DNA from: an uncultured Lysobacterales bacterium
Lineage (GTDB): Bacteria > Pseudomonadota > Gammaproteobacteria > Xanthomonadales > SZUA-36
Length of the DNA stretch: 51,855 bases
Direction: 5' to 3'
Assembly: GCA_947258865.1 (NCBI GenBank)
Contig: CAMYKC010000020.1
Location: 1-51,855 of the forward strand
Shown: in pieces, positions 34,712 to 46,199 of the stretch
Position numbering within the stretch: position 1 is the stretch's first letter
Layout of the letters: each line of letters opens with the position of its first letter
The notes under the pieces: model-generated
Told to the model about the DNA's origin: nothing
Databases searched by the model: none
What the model saw: the letters and a program-made list of their open reading frames with translations, nothing else
Position numbers and translations under genes: made by a program

Positions 34712-36181
34712 GTGAGCGAAGAAATCCTGATTAATTCGACACCCTCTGAAACCAGGGTGGCGCTGGTTGAGAGCGGCATGCTGCAGGAGGTGTGGTTGGA
34801 ACGCGCCAGTCATACGGGTTATATCGGCAATATTTATCAAGGTGAAGTATCGCGGGTTTTGCCCGGGCTTCAGGCTGCTTTTGTCGATATCGGGCTCGAA
34901 CGGACGGCGTTCCTGCATGCACGTGACATGGTCCGTCAGGACCCGGTTACAGCTGGTGACGAATCCCCTTCTGAGCCATCTATTTCCAGTCTGCTGCGTC
35001 CGGGTGACCAGGTCATCGTGCAGGTGATCAAAGACCCGCTGGGTAGCAAGGGTGCTCGCCTGACCACCAATATCAGCATCCCTTCGCGGTTCCTGGTACT
35101 GCTTCCGGATTGCGACGTTATCGGCATTTCGGTCCGGATCGAGGAAGAGCAAGAGCGGACCAGGCTCAAGGAACTGGTCAACACGCTGCGGGACGATCAA
35201 GAGGGCCACGGCTATATCGTGCGCACCAATGCCGAAGGCGTAAACGACTTTGCGCTGTCCGCCGACATGGTCTATCTTGGCAAAGTCTGGCAGGCCATCG
35301 ATGAGCGTCGTCACGCTACCGATTCGGGAACCTGCATATTTGAAGACCTCTCACTACCCTTGCGCGCCCTCAGGGACATGATGCATGAAGACGTAGACCG
35401 CGTGCGGATCGACTCTCCCGAGGTCCTGGATCGGGCCCGCGAATTCGCGCAGCGCTTCGTGCCCGACTGGCTTGACCGGATCGAGGAGTACTCCTCCGAA
35501 AGGCCGATTTTCGATCTGTTCGGTGTGGAGGACGAGATAGAAGGCGCCCTGAAGCCCACGGCGCCCCTCAAATCGGGCGGTTACCTTGTTTTCGACCAGA
35601 CAGAGGCCATGACGACGATCGACGTCAATACGGGAGGATACGTTGGTCACAGGAATCTCGAGGAGACCATTTACAAAACCAACCTGGAAGCCGCACAGTC
35701 TATTGCCAGGCAACTGCGCCTGCGCAACCTGGGCGGTATCATCATCATTGATTTCATCGATATGGGGGACGAAGAACACCGCAGGCAAGTGATGCGGTCT
35801 CTCGAACGCGCGCTTGAACGGGATCCGGTAAAAAGCTCGGTGACAGAAATATCTGCGCTTGGGCTGGTGGAAATGACGCGCAAAAGGACGACCGAGAGTC
35901 TGGAGCGCAGGCTTTGCGTTCCCTGTCCTCAGTGCGAAGGCCGCGGGACCATAAAAAGCCGGGAAACTGTTTGCCTGGAAATTTTCCGCGAAATCATGCG
36001 CTCAAGCCGGCAATTCGAAGCAAGCAAATTGATGGTCGTGGCCTCTTCCCAGGTGGTCGAACGTATTCTCGATGAGCAATCCGCAACCGTGGCGGAACTG
36101 GAGGAATTGATCGGTAAGTCGATTGGTTTCCAGAGAGAGGACCAGTACGCGCAGGAACAGTACGACGTCGTACTTCTCTGA
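34712..36181 (+). CDS. rng: Ribonuclease G
   Basis: GTG start. 489 aa, nearly colinear with E. coli Rng (NIYQGEVSRVLPGLQAAFVDIGL..., LKSGGYLVFDQTEAMTTIDVNTG, LRLRNLGGIIIIDFIDM, GLVEMTRKRT). Confidence 0.9.
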   Translation: MSEEILINSTPSETRVALVESGMLQEVWLERASHTGYIGNIYQGEVSRVLPGLQAAFVDIGLERTAFLHARDMVRQDPVTAGDESPSEPSISSLLRPGDQVIVQVIKDPLGSKGARLTTNISIPSRFLVLLPDCDVIGISVRIEEEQERTRLKELVNTLRDDQEGHGYIVRTNAEGVNDFALSADMVYLGKVWQAIDERRHATDSGTCIFEDLSLPLRALRDMMHEDVDRVRIDSPEVLDRAREFAQRFVPDWLDRIEEYSSERPIFDLFGVEDEIEGALKPTAPLKSGGYLVFDQTEAMTTIDVNTGGYVGHRNLEETIYKTNLEAAQSIARQLRLRNLGGIIIIDFIDMGDEEHRRQVMRSLERALERDPVKSSVTEISALGLVEMTRKRTTESLERRLCVPCPQCEGRGTIKSRETVCLEIFREIMRSSRQFEASKLMVVASSQVVERILDEQSATVAELEELIGKSIGFQREDQYAQEQYDVVLL

Positions 36182-36185
36182 AGAA

Positions 36186-39100
36186 ATGACAACGCTGAAA
36201 ATCATCTTCCGGCGCGCCAGGACACTGTTATGGACGGCATTCTCCATCCTGGTCATCCTGGCCGCTGTCGGTGTCGGCCTGGGTAAGTTACTGATGCCAT
36301 ACAGTGACCGCTATCAGCCCCAGCTCGAGGCCTGGCTGTCCGAGGAGTTCGGTCAGCAGGTCATCCTGGAAAGTTTCGAGGGAGACTGGACGGCCTTTGG
36401 TCCCCGGTTGTCACTGAAAGGAATGAAACTTCTTCCGTATACCCCCGGGCCCGGTGATATTCCCCAGGAGGCTGCCGCGGAAGTTGTCATCGAGTCGGCT
36501 GCTCTCGACATCAAGCCCCTGAATGCGCTTCTGCCCGGATTTCCACTCTACAACTTCCGTGTGATCGGGGCAGATTTTGAATTGTCGCGCACAGCCGACG
36601 GACAGTTCAGGTTATCTGGATTCGGAGTCAGCCGGCGGGGCTCGGGAGAGCAGGGGTCTGCATTGAAAGAACTGGCCCGGGTTGGTGAAGTGATCCTGGA
36701 GGACTCCAGCCTGACCTATGAAGATGAGGAGTACGAAATCCACCTGGGTTTCTCCGGAATCCAGGGGCGACTGCATCTTGAAGGTGACGAACTGTCTACC
36801 GAAATTGAAGCCACACTGTTCGATAGCCGCAGCGAACTGGTTTACGGTGAGATAGATACAACGCTCAGGATCACGCTGGGCGATGATCAGAAGGTCATTC
36901 AAGCCACCTGGCAGGCAACGATGCGCGAATTGATGCTGGCTGCCCTCCAGGGAAAGTTGCCACCGAATCCGTTTCTGCCTTTGACCGGATGGCTCAATGC
37001 AGAGCTGTGGGGCGAATGGTCAACGCAAGTCGGTCACGAGGTCAAAGGGGTGGCCGACGTTCGTGACGCCATCATGGTCAACGAGTACCAGGACCTTGTG
37101 CTGGAGAGGGTCAATTCCCGGTTCAGGTGGGATTTCAGTGGCAAAGGCCGTTGGAATCTGCATCTCGCAGACTTTTTGTACGACGATGGGGTAAATGCAT
37201 GGACCTCGGCCCGCGTCTCGATTGCGCGAAACAAATCTGAAGATCTGGGATTATGGATCAGCGCCAACGAATTACCGTTGGGCTTACCGCTCAACCTGGC
37301 ACGTGATGTGATGTCAATTTATGGTACCGCGTGGCCTGCCTTTCTGCCCCGGACCGCGGACGGAGAAGTCAGTGAACTCGACCTGGTTCTCAACAGTGCA
37401 TGGCGGCTGAAATTCGCCAATGGCCAATTACGCAACGCAAGCGTATCTGACTGGGACCGGTGGCCGGACCTGGCGGGTCTGGAAGGTAGTGTAGCTTTGG
37501 GCGCGGGTTCAGGGAGCCTGCAGTTGAGCGGGAAGGAGGTAGTCGTTAACTGGCCCCGCATGTTTCGGGAACCCCTGATACTGGCGATACCGGAATGCGA
37601 ATTGGATGTCAGTTGGGGGCAGAAGTGGCAAGTGGCGCTCGGTAACTGTGGTATCCAGAATGAGGACCTGGCCGCCGGCGGAGAGATCGTTATCAGCAAA
37701 AATGAGGGAAAGCCGGCGGTCGATGTCAATGTTGCGGTTTATAGAGCCAACGCTGGCCGGTTGGACGCTTACTGGCCGGAAGCCATTCTCAAGGACAATA
37801 TCAAGGCCTGGTTGAGAAAGAGCCTGCTGGCCGGCGAGATCGTTTCGGGGCGATTCCAGATTCACGGCGACATGGATGACTGGCCATTCCGACAGGGTGA
37901 AGGCCGTTTCGAAGCGTTGGCGGAGGTTACGGGAGGTCATGTCGATTTCCTTGAAGGCTGGCCGGACGCGCAACAGGTGAATGCGGTGGCGCATTTCGTG
38001 GGCCCCTCGATGGACATTCGAGGCTCGGTAGGGAACATCGGTGGCGCCGAGGCCGGAAGCGTCAGTGCACGTATTGCCGATTTGAAATCTCCGCTTCTTG
38101 AAATGGGTTTCAACTCGGCCAGCGATCTGCCCCTTTTATTGGGTTTTCTGCGACAAACGCCTCTGCAGGAACAGATTCAGCTGGATCTTTCGCAATTCGA
38201 GTTCAGCGGCAAAGCGCTCAGTGATGGTTCGATGAAGATTCCGCTGGGCAAATCCACCCAAAATTCCACTGTCGATGGCCGCGTAGGTTTACAGGACGCC
38301 CGATTTTCTGATCCCGTAACGGAACTAACACTCGAACATATCGGTGGCGAACTGCAGTTCAGCGAAAAGGGATTCAGGGGCACCGCGCTCGATGCCGAGT
38401 TTCGCGGACACCCGGCAAAACTCGATCTGTTCGCTAATGTCGATAGTGAAGAAAAATTCCGGGCAGACCTGGAGGGCGTATTTAACGTCAGGGACGTGAT
38501 TCCCGAGTTTCTGCTGGAAGATTTTCAGGCGTTGTCCCAGATTCAGGGTGATAGCAGCTGGTTGGTCTCCCTGGTCGTTGCCCCGCTTGAAGATCCCAAC
38601 GAAAATGAAGCGATCATGACCGTCGAATCGGTCCTCGAAGGCGTAACGCTGGACCTTCCTGCACCAATGAACAAGCGAGCCGCCGATCGGTGGCCACTGG
38701 CGCTGCGCTATCCCCTGTCGGGTCCGCACCGTATGTTGGACGTTGTGTTCGATGAACGCCTGTCGATGCGATTCGACTTGCCCGGGGGGGCGACCGCTCC
38801 CCGAAGCGCCTCCATTCGCCTGGGCCGTGGCCTGCCCTCGATGCCCGCGGACGGATTCATCCGGATCGAGGGCGAGCCGGGCTTCGTCGACCTTGATGGC
38901 TGGCTCGAAGTGATCATCGAAGAGGTCATGCAGGGAACGGGTATGGGCAGCCTTGCGCTCGAAAGCGGAAAGCTCTCAGCCGGACAGGTTCTTTTCCTGG
39001 ACAGGATCTTTGACGAAGTCGGAATGACATTCAATGTCGTGGATGAGGACATTCGGGCGGAGTTTTCAGCTGAAGACATTAACGGCAAGGTTCGGTTCAC

Positions 39101-40019
39101 AACCGGCGAAAGCGGCACGAACAGCCTTTCCGCGGAATTTGAGCGGCTGATGCTTGGTGAGCCCGTTTCAAAGGGCGTCGATATGGAAACGGATCCCTCG
39201 GACCTGCCGGCTTTACATCTTTATGTGAAGTCATTCAGTTATGCGGGCGTGGAGTTGGGCGAAACCCGGATCGAGGCTTACCCGACGTCCAATGGTTTCC
39301 ATTTCGAAAAGGTGGATGCCTCTTCGGACCGGCTTTCCGTGCAGGCCAGCGGTGACTGGTTGCTCGACGAAGCAGGGCACCGGTCGGATTTCTACATCCA
39401 CATGGCGTCTGAATCTCTCGGTGATTTTTTGCAGTCGATGGACATCAGTTCACCAGTCCAGGGCGGTCAGACTCTGGTCGATTTCAACGCCTGGTGGCCA
39501 GGATCGCCGGCGGCCTTTGGTCTTTCCCGTCTCAATGGAAAGGTTGAGTTCAGCGTCGTTAACGGCAATATAACTCATGCGAGCGCGGGTACTGGGCGAC
39601 TGCTGGGACTATTGAGCGTCCAGGCGTTGCCCAAGCGTTTGTCACTGGATTTCCGGGACGTGTTTGATTCCGGTTTTTCTTTTGATGAAGCTACCGGGAC
39701 GTTCAAGATGGAGAACGGCATGGCCAGCACGGAGGATGTGTTGCTGAAATCAACGTCGGCGAGTATCAGCGTAAGTGGCCGTACGGATTTGGTGGCCCGT
39801 GAGTATGACCAGTTGCTTACCATCAGACCCGGCGTGGGTAATACCTTGCCGATCATCGGGGCATTGGCTGCGGGTCCTGGTGGGGCGGCAGCAGGGTTGG
39901 CCTTGCAGGGCTTGCTGCATGACCAGCTCGCCGAGGCAACCGAAGTCCGTTACACCATTACCGGCGGCTGGGACGACCCGAAATTTGAAGCTGTCGATGT
40001 TGAACGGGCGGGCGGCTGA
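36186..40019 (+). CDS. yhdP: AsmA-like / YhdP family large envelope (lipid-transport) protein
   Basis: 1277 aa with a single N-terminal TM ([20 protein letters not shown]) and a long beta-rich body. The C-terminal motif [12 protein letters not shown] is present. It sits in the conserved position between rng and tldD. Confidence 0.8.
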   Translation: MTTLKIIFRRARTLLWTAFSILVILAAVGVGLGKLLMPYSDRYQPQLEAWLSEEFGQQVILESFEGDWTAFGPRLSLKGMKLLPYTPGPGDIPQEAAAEVVIESAALDIKPLNALLPGFPLYNFRVIGADFELSRTADGQFRLSGFGVSRRGSGEQGSALKELARVGEVILEDSSLTYEDEEYEIHLGFSGIQGRLHLEGDELSTEIEATLFDSRSELVYGEIDTTLRITLGDDQKVIQATWQATMRELMLAALQGKLPPNPFLPLTGWLNAELWGEWSTQVGHEVKGVADVRDAIMVNEYQDLVLERVNSRFRWDFSGKGRWNLHLADFLYDDGVNAWTSARVSIARNKSEDLGLWISANELPLGLPLNLARDVMSIYGTAWPAFLPRTADGEVSELDLVLNSAWRLKFANGQLRNASVSDWDRWPDLAGLEGSVALGAGSGSLQLSGKEVVVNWPRMFREPLILAIPECELDVSWGQKWQVALGNCGIQNEDLAAGGEIVISKNEGKPAVDVNVAVYRANAGRLDAYWPEAILKDNIKAWLRKSLLAGEIVSGRFQIHGDMDDWPFRQGEGRFEALAEVTGGHVDFLEGWPDAQQVNAVAHFVGPSMDIRGSVGNIGGAEAGSVSARIADLKSPLLEMGFNSASDLPLLLGFLRQTPLQEQIQLDLSQFEFSGKALSDGSMKIPLGKSTQNSTVDGRVGLQDARFSDPVTELTLEHIGGELQFSEKGFRGTALDAEFRGHPAKLDLFANVDSEEKFRADLEGVFNVRDVIPEFLLEDFQALSQIQGDSSWLVSLVVAPLEDPNENEAIMTVESVLEGVTLDLPAPMNKRAADRWPLALRYPLSGPHRMLDVVFDERLSMRFDLPGGATAPRSASIRLGRGLPSMPADGFIRIEGEPGFVDLDGWLEVIIEEVMQGTGMGSLALESGKLSAGQVLFLDRIFDEVGMTFNVVDEDIRAEFSAEDINGKVRFTTGESGTNSLSAEFERLMLGEPVSKGVDMETDPSDLPALHLYVKSFSYAGVELGETRIEAYPTSNGFHFEKVDASSDRLSVQASGDWLLDEAGHRSDFYIHMASESLGDFLQSMDISSPVQGGQTLVDFNAWWPGSPAAFGLSRLNGKVEFSVVNGNITHASAGTGRLLGLLSVQALPKRLSLDFRDVFDSGFSFDEATGTFKMENGMASTEDVLLKSTSASISVSGRTDLVAREYDQLLTIRPGVGNTLPIIGALAAGPGGAAAGLALQGLLHDQLAEATEVRYTITGGWDDPKFEAVDVERAGG

Positions 40020-40072
40020 CCGTTGGCCACCAGCCGGGAGAGTCATTGTATGAACAGTTACTGGGAAAAAAG

Positions 40073-41518
40073 ATGAGCGACTCGCTCAGGCTGGCGGAAC
40101 AGCAATTGCTCGCCCCGGGTGGTCTTGACCAGGGGCAGTTGGAGCACGTGCTCGGCGACTTGATGGGCCCGGCGGTTGATTCCGGCGACCTTTACTTTCA
40201 GTCGACCGCTCACGAGTCATGGATTCTGGAGGATGGCCTGGTCAGGACCGGTACACACTCGGTTGAGCAGGGTGTGGGCATACGCGCGATATCCGGTGAC
40301 AAGACGGGTTTCGCTTACGCGGACGAGATTGTGCTGCCGTCCCTGCTACAGGCGTCTGGAGCGGCTCGCGCTATTGCGCGCCACGGAAGCCAGGGCCGTG
40401 TCCAAGCCTGGAAGCGATCGGATCCGGTGGCTCTTTATGACCCCGAGGACCCCATTCAAACACTTGGCGCCGCCGAGAAAGTCGATCTGTTGCGCCAGGT
40501 TGACGCCTATGCCCGTTCAAAGGATCCCCGCGTCAGCCAGGTGATTGTAAGCATTGCAGCGACCCATGAGACCATTCTGGTCGCGGCGACCGACGGCACG
40601 CTGGCCGCAGACGTGCGCCCGCTGGTCCGGCTCAACGTTAACGTGATCGCGGAGCAGGATGGGCGGCGCGAGCAGGGAAATGACGGGGGTGGCGGACGCT
40701 TTTCCTACCGCGAATTCCTGGAGAACGACAGCTGGCGGCGGATTGCGGACGAGGCAGTTCGCCAGGCATTGGTCAACCTGACTGCCGAGGCGGCGCCTGC
40801 CGGAACCATGACCGTGGTACTGGGACCGGGCTGGCCGGGGGTGCTTTTACATGAAGCGGTAGGGCATGGTCTCGAAGGTGATTTCAATCGAAAAGGGACA
40901 TCCGCTTTCAGTGGTCGAATGGGGGAGCAGGTTGCGTCGGAGTGCGTCACCGTGGTGGACGATGGAACGATTGAGCGCCGGCGCGGCTCACTGACCGTTG
41001 ATGATGAAGGAACCCCAACTCAGCAGAACGTGTTGATCGAACATGGCGTTCTGCGCTGCTATATGCAGGACAAGCTCAATGCGGGCCTGATGAACGCAGC
41101 GCCGACCGGGAACGGCCGCCGGGAATCTTTTGCGCATTTGCCGATGCCGCGCATGACCAACACCTTCATGCTGCCGGGACAATACGACCCAGAGGAAATA
41201 ATTGCTTCAGTCGATCGCGGCCTGTTCGCCGTCAATTTCGCTGGCGGCCAGGTAGACATTACCTCAGGCAGGTTTGTGTTCTCCACCAGCGAAGCATATT
41301 TGCTGGAGAACGGGAAAATTACCCGCCCGGTCAAGGGAGCCACGCTGATCGGAAATGGACCCGACGTTATGACGCGGGTTGCAATGGTTGGCACCGACCT
41401 GAAACTCGACGCGGGCATCGGTGTATGCGGAAAGGATGGTCAGAGCATACCTGTAGGCGTGGGTCAACCGACAGTGCGCGTCGATGGTTTGACCGTGGGC
41501 GGCACGGAGGGGTCATGA
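40073..41518 (+). CDS. tldD: Metalloprotease TldD
   Basis: GDLYFQS..HESW.LEDG; [22 protein letters not shown] (the HExxxH motif). 481 aa, as in E. coli. Confidence 0.9.
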   Translation: MSDSLRLAEQQLLAPGGLDQGQLEHVLGDLMGPAVDSGDLYFQSTAHESWILEDGLVRTGTHSVEQGVGIRAISGDKTGFAYADEIVLPSLLQASGAARAIARHGSQGRVQAWKRSDPVALYDPEDPIQTLGAAEKVDLLRQVDAYARSKDPRVSQVIVSIAATHETILVAATDGTLAADVRPLVRLNVNVIAEQDGRREQGNDGGGGRFSYREFLENDSWRRIADEAVRQALVNLTAEAAPAGTMTVVLGPGWPGVLLHEAVGHGLEGDFNRKGTSAFSGRMGEQVASECVTVVDDGTIERRRGSLTVDDEGTPTQQNVLIEHGVLRCYMQDKLNAGLMNAAPTGNGRRESFAHLPMPRMTNTFMLPGQYDPEEIIASVDRGLFAVNFAGGQVDITSGRFVFSTSEAYLLENGKITRPVKGATLIGNGPDVMTRVAMVGTDLKLDAGIGVCGKDGQSIPVGVGQPTVRVDGLTVGGTEGS

Positions 41519-42052
41519 GCCGGGAGAGGGAGGCAAGGGCTCGATTTCGTCCAATTCGCGTAATATTCGAAACAGTGCGCGAGCCGCGGCAGGGGGTTTA
41601 CCCTGGTTTGTTTCCCGTCTCGCGTTCCTGATCAGCTGCCGTATGACTTGCGCGTCGGCATCACGTCTTTGTCCCAGCAGTTCTCCGACTGCCGGATCGC
41701 CGGTTTCCAGGAGGTGATCGCGCCATGCCTCAGCGCGGTGATGCCTGGCGTTGAATTGCCGGGCCTCGTTGTCGAACCCGTCTATTGCAAGCATAAGCGG
41801 ATCAGCGTCAATCCTTCGGAGCAGCTTGGCGACGAACTGCAATTGGCGTTTGCGCGCGACGTTGGAGCGTATATGCCGCGCCTGGTCGACCGCGTCCCTG
41901 AGCTGGTCATCCAGTGGCACGCGGGCGAGCCTGGCCGGGCTTAGTTTGATCAGCCGTGCAGCCAGCGACTTCAATTCGAGCGCATCGCGGCGGAGCTGAC
42001 TCTTGCTAATCAATTCAGGCTGTTGGGATAAATTTTTCTTGCTTTCTGTCAT
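41513..42052 (-). CDS. yjgA: Ribosome-associated protein YjgA/DarP (DUF615)
   Basis: [47 protein letters not shown]....[14 protein letters not shown] is colinear with E. coli YjgA. It is divergent from pmbA, as in E. coli. Confidence 0.8.
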   Translation of the reverse strand: MTESKKNLSQQPELISKSQLRRDALELKSLAARLIKLSPARLARVPLDDQLRDAVDQARHIRSNVARKRQLQFVAKLLRRIDADPLMLAIDGFDNEARQFNARHHRAEAWRDHLLETGDPAVGELLGQRRDADAQVIRQLIRNARRETNQGKPPAAARALFRILRELDEIEPLPPSPGS

Positions 42053-42090
42053 ATTCTCTATAAGTATTCCCACTTGTTAGGGGAAATCAA

Positions 42091-43452
42091 ATGTCTGATC
42101 CACCCATGGTAACGCAGCCTTCGCTGGACCGTGAAGCGGAGCTGGATTCGCTCGAGGTTCTCGTCGGTAAAGCCTTGAGACTGGCACGCAAAAGCGGTGC
42201 AAGTGATGCAGAGGTTACAGCCCATACGAGCCTGGGGCTCTCCGTGGCTGTCCGTCTTGGCGACGTGGAAACTCTGGAACATATGCAGGACAGGGGCATA
42301 TCCGTGACCGTTTTCATTGGGCGCCGCAAGGGGCATGCCAGCAGCGCCGACCTGCGCAGCGAATCCATCGAGTCCTGCGTGAAGCATGCCCTGGATATTG
42401 CGCGTTACACGCAGGAGGACAATTGCAACGGCCTGGCTGAATCCTCGCTAATGGCCACCGAATTTCCCGATCTGGATTTATGGCACCCCGTCTCCATGGA
42501 TGCCGAGTCAGCCATCGAGCGAGCTATCGCCTGTGAGTCGGCCGGCCGCAGCGACGACCGCATCACCAATTCCGAAGGCTCTTCCTTCAACGCCGGCATG
42601 GGCCTGGGCGTTTACGGCAATTCGAACGGCTTCATTGGCCGCAGCGCTGGAACGCATTACGGGCAATCCTGCATTTTGTTGGCTGGCAAGGGGGATGGGA
42701 TGCAGCGGGACTACAGCTTTGACAGCAGGCGGTGCTTGGACGACCTGGAATCACCGGAGGTGACCGGTCGGGAAGCGGCCCGGCGCACAGTTCGCAGGCT
42801 CGGTGCCCGGCAGTTAGCAACGGCGGAAATGCCTGTATTGCTCGCACCCGAGGTTGCCAAAGGAATCATTGGTCACCTGGTCGGTGCCCTTGCGGGGTCC
42901 GCCATTTACCGAAATGCATCCTTCCTGAAAGATATGGCCGGTGAAACCCTGTTCCCAGGCTGGGTCAACCTGTGGGAGCGGCCAAGGCTCGCGAGGGGCG
43001 CATCCAGCGCAACGTTCGATTCGGAAGGTGTGGCGACTCGCAAGCGCCTGATCATCGATTCCGGGATTCTTGCGGGGTATGTTTTGTCATCGTACTCAGC
43101 GCGCCGTCTGGGTTTGCAGACGACTGCAAACGCTGGCGGGGTCCGCAACCTCCTGCTTGAGCCGGGGGGAGAGGAAACAGCGGATCTCCTGCGCCAGATG
43201 CAGAACGGCTTTTATGTGACCGAAGTTATGGGTCAGGGGGTCAGCCTGGTAACCGGCGATTATTCAAGGGGTGCGACCGGATTCCTCATTGAGGGGGGAC
43301 AGATTTCTTACCCGGTGGAGGAGGTCACGATAGCTGGAAATTTACGGGATATGTTCTTGAACATGACAGCAGCCGGCCGGGATATCGATACACGTGGAAA
43401 TATTCATTGTGGACCAGTTCTGATCAGTACCATGATGGTTGCCGGGACATGA
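42091..43452 (+). CDS. pmbA: Metalloprotease PmbA (TldE)
   Basis: TldD/PmbA fold. 453 aa with the C-terminal pattern GDYSRGATGFLIEGGQISYPVEEVTIAGNLRDMF. Confidence 0.85.
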   Translation: MSDPPMVTQPSLDREAELDSLEVLVGKALRLARKSGASDAEVTAHTSLGLSVAVRLGDVETLEHMQDRGISVTVFIGRRKGHASSADLRSESIESCVKHALDIARYTQEDNCNGLAESSLMATEFPDLDLWHPVSMDAESAIERAIACESAGRSDDRITNSEGSSFNAGMGLGVYGNSNGFIGRSAGTHYGQSCILLAGKGDGMQRDYSFDSRRCLDDLESPEVTGREAARRTVRRLGARQLATAEMPVLLAPEVAKGIIGHLVGALAGSAIYRNASFLKDMAGETLFPGWVNLWERPRLARGASSATFDSEGVATRKRLIIDSGILAGYVLSSYSARRLGLQTTANAGGVRNLLLEPGGEETADLLRQMQNGFYVTEVMGQGVSLVTGDYSRGATGFLIEGGQISYPVEEVTIAGNLRDMFLNMTAAGRDIDTRGNIHCGPVLISTMMVAGT

Positions 43453-44237
43453 CTGTATTTAAACTTATGCGTGTGGTGCTGTTGCTCAGCATCTTTTTTG
43501 GCATTTTAGCGAGTACCTGGATCACGGAGAAACGCATGGCGGCGTGGGAGCGCCCCATCCTGGTCACCGTTTACCCGATAGTCGGGGATGAGGAGCCCGC
43601 TTCGCAGAAATTCGCCAAAGGCATCACAACAGAATCGTTTGATCCGGTGAACCGATTTTTCGCCAGGGAATCAGTTAATTACAGTTTTTCCGTGACGCCG
43701 GCTTTCCGTTTCCAGGTTGCGCCGCTTACCTATGATAAGCCGCCACCCGTTCCGCGGCAGTTCGATCCGGCCGGTATTGCCTGGTGGAGCCTCAAGATGC
43801 GCTGGTGGGCGTGGACCAAGGAATTGCGGGACGGCCTGATCCAGCCGGATATTCAGCTGTTCGTTCTTTACCACAGCCTCAATGGCAACAACGAAGTGGG
43901 CATCTCGGTAGGAATGCGAAAAGGGCGATACGGGATCGTCAAGGCATATGCCACGGACAAACTGCAGCCAATGAACCACGTGGTGTTCACTCACGAGATA
44001 CTGCATGTGCTTGGCGCCACGGACAAGTATGTACTAACGACCGGCGAGCCGATTTATCCTGACGGTTATGCTGACCCCGATAAAAGACCATTATTTCCGC
44101 AGAAACTCGCTGAAATCATGGGAGGGCGAATTCCCATAAATTCGTTTTCATCAGATATGCCGGGGTCACTGAATGAATGCAAGATCGGGAAAAAAACGGC
44201 CGAGGAAATCGGATTCCTTGCACAACTGCAGCACTAG
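43449..44237 (+). CDS. Hypothetical membrane-anchored protein with an HExxH zincin-like motif
   Basis: The ATG overlaps the pmbA stop (ATGA). N-terminal TM VVLLLSIFFGILASTWI. The motif VVFTHEILHVLGATDKY is present. No family recognised. Confidence 0.55.
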   Translation: MTVFKLMRVVLLLSIFFGILASTWITEKRMAAWERPILVTVYPIVGDEEPASQKFAKGITTESFDPVNRFFARESVNYSFSVTPAFRFQVAPLTYDKPPPVPRQFDPAGIAWWSLKMRWWAWTKELRDGLIQPDIQLFVLYHSLNGNNEVGISVGMRKGRYGIVKAYATDKLQPMNHVVFTHEILHVLGATDKYVLTTGEPIYPDGYADPDKRPLFPQKLAEIMGGRIPINSFSSDMPGSLNECKIGKKTAEEIGFLAQLQH

Positions 44238-44395
44238 CCTGTGAGCACATTATTTTTTTTCTGGCGCAATTCGCCAGGGAGCCACAGGCGACCTTGCATG
44301 ACTGGAGTCAAATTCTGCCGGTAAACGGCTTGAGATATTCATGCGCGATGGTTATTCTACCGCGCGCTTACAATCTACCCGGTAAGGACTCGATT

Positions 44396-45148
44396 ATGCG
44401 AAGAATATTGGTCGCTGGAAACTGGAAAATGCATGGCTCGCGGGCCATGGTGCAGGAATTGCTTGAAGGGCTGCTGGCCGGTACGGAACGTGAAAATGGC
44501 GTCGACATGGCCGTATTTCCGCCTTATCCCTACCTGGCCCAGGCACAGTCCTTGCTGGAGAACAGCAACATCACATGGGGCGCTCAAAACCTGAACCCCG
44601 CACCGAAGGGCGCTCATACCGGTGAAGTCTCGCCATCGATGCTGCTCGATTTCGGTTGCCGTTACGTGCTCGTCGGTCATTCGGAGAGGCGCACGATATA
44701 TGGCGAGAGCGATGAAAATGTGGCTGACCGTTTCGACGCAGCGCTCGAAGCCGGCCTGGAGCCGATTCTATGCGTGGGCGAGACACTGGAGGAGCGCGAG
44801 GACAACCTCACCGAGGCAGTGGTCGAGCGACAACTGGACGCAGTCTTGAACCAGAGCGGCGTCGCCGCGTTTTCCAGGGCGGTCGTGGCTTATGAACCAG
44901 TCTGGGCTATTGGAACGGGCAAGACAGCCAGTCCGGAACAGGCCCAGGCCGTTCATGCCTTCATACGTGACAAATTTGCTTCGCGGGATGATATAATCGC
45001 GGGTCAAATACGAATTTTATACGGCGGCAGTGTGAATGGCTCCAATGCCGCCGATTTATTTGCCCGGGAAGACATTGATGGCGGACTGGTTGGTGGCGCT
45101 TCGTTGAAGGTAGAAGACTTTCTCTCGATCCGCAATGCGGTTGTCTGA
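44396..45148 (+). CDS. tpiA: Triosephosphate isomerase
   Basis: VAGNWKMHG, VLVGHSERR, AYEPVWAIGTG and LYGGSV motifs. Start at ATG 44396 after TAAGGA. Confidence 0.9.
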   Translation: MRRILVAGNWKMHGSRAMVQELLEGLLAGTERENGVDMAVFPPYPYLAQAQSLLENSNITWGAQNLNPAPKGAHTGEVSPSMLLDFGCRYVLVGHSERRTIYGESDENVADRFDAALEAGLEPILCVGETLEEREDNLTEAVVERQLDAVLNQSGVAAFSRAVVAYEPVWAIGTGKTASPEQAQAVHAFIRDKFASRDDIIAGQIRILYGGSVNGSNAADLFAREDIDGGLVGGASLKVEDFLSIRNAVV

Positions 45149-45187
45149 TCCTCACTCGAAAACGGGCTGGCAAAATACGGACTGGAT

Positions 45188-45697
45188 ATGCAGGTATTAA
45201 ATATTTTTCACGTGTTGATTGCGATCGCCCTGATTGCCTTCGTACTGATTCAGAAAGGACAGGGTGCAACCGCGGGCGCCGCGTTCGGCAGCGGGGCCTC
45301 GGGTACGGTTTTCGGTTCACGCGGCGCGGGTAACTTTCTCAGCAGGTCGACTTGGGTCCTGGCGGCCTTGTTTTGCACCATCAGTCTGACCATGGCCGTC
45401 ATGGTGTCCCGGCTCATGACCACACCGGAAGTCGATCTGGGCGTTGTCAGTGTCGAGCAGCCGGCCGCTGAAACTGAAGACAGCCCGCAGTTTGACGAAA
45501 TCACGGTCGGGCCCGATGAGCCCACTGTCACCGACATGCCTTCGTTCGATCAGGGCACTGACGCCGCCACCGATAGTAGCGCCGTGAATTCTTCCACAGC
45601 CGAAGACCTGCCGGTGTTGGACGACTCAGCAGATGAGGAAAGCCCGACTGCAGGAAACGGAGAGGACAGGCCGGGGCAGGGTACCGACGACAGTTGA
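45188..45697 (+). CDS. secG: Preprotein translocase subunit SecG with a long acidic C-terminal extension
   Basis: The SecG core is IALIAFVLIQKGQGATAGAAFGSGASGTVFGSRGAGNFLSR plus a second TM. About 90 extra residues rich in D/E/S/T/P follow. The tpiA-secG-tRNA-Leu order is conserved. Confidence 0.85.
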   Translation: MQVLNIFHVLIAIALIAFVLIQKGQGATAGAAFGSGASGTVFGSRGAGNFLSRSTWVLAALFCTISLTMAVMVSRLMTTPEVDLGVVSVEQPAAETEDSPQFDEITVGPDEPTVTDMPSFDQGTDAATDSSAVNSSTAEDLPVLDDSADEESPTAGNGEDRPGQGTDDS

Positions 45698-45714
45698 ACC
45701 CGGTTGGAATACTG

Positions 45715-45799
45715 GCCCAAGTGGTGGAATTGGTAGACACGCTATCTTGAGGGGGTAGTGGCGAAAGCCGTGCCGGTTCGAGTCCGGCCTTGGGCACCA
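45715..45799 (+). tRNA. tRNA-Leu (anticodon GAG)
   Basis: GCCCAAGTGGTGGAATTGGTAGACACGCTATCTTGAGGGGGTAGTGGCGAAAGCCGTGCCGGTTCGAGTCCGGCCTTGGGCACCA. It has a long variable arm, the anticodon loop TTGAGGG and an encoded CCA. It resembles E. coli leuU, which also follows secG. Confidence 0.9.
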
Positions 45800-45842
45800 A
45801 TTGAAAATCGGTGATTTGTCACCGGCTGAAAGAGAGAGAAGC

Positions 45843-46199
45843 ATGCTCGCAGAATATTTTCCGATTCTGATCTTTCTCGCGATTTCCATCGCAATGGGCG
45901 TCATCCTGTTGAGTATGGGCGGTATTCTCGGCCCCCGGTCACCCGACAGTGAAAAAACATCCCCCTATGAGTGCGGTTTCGAAGCCTTCGAAGACACGCG
46001 TTCCAAATTCGATGTCCGTTACTATCTTGTCGCGATCCTGTTCATTATCTTCGATCTTGAAATTGCGTTCTTCATACCCTGGGCCCTGGTGTTGGACAAA
46101 CTCGGGGTGTTTGGCCTGATCGCGATGATCATATTTGTCGTTGAACTCGTTATCGGGTTCTTTTTTGTCTGGAAAAAAGGAGCCCTGGAATGGGAATGA
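45843..46199 (+). CDS. nuoA: NADH-quinone oxidoreductase subunit A
   Basis: SPYECGFE......[23 protein letters not shown] is the NuoA/ND3 signature. Confidence 0.9.
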   Translation: MLAEYFPILIFLAISIAMGVILLSMGGILGPRSPDSEKTSPYECGFEAFEDTRSKFDVRYYLVAILFIIFDLEIAFFIPWALVLDKLGVFGLIAMIIFVVELVIGFFFVWKKGALEWE

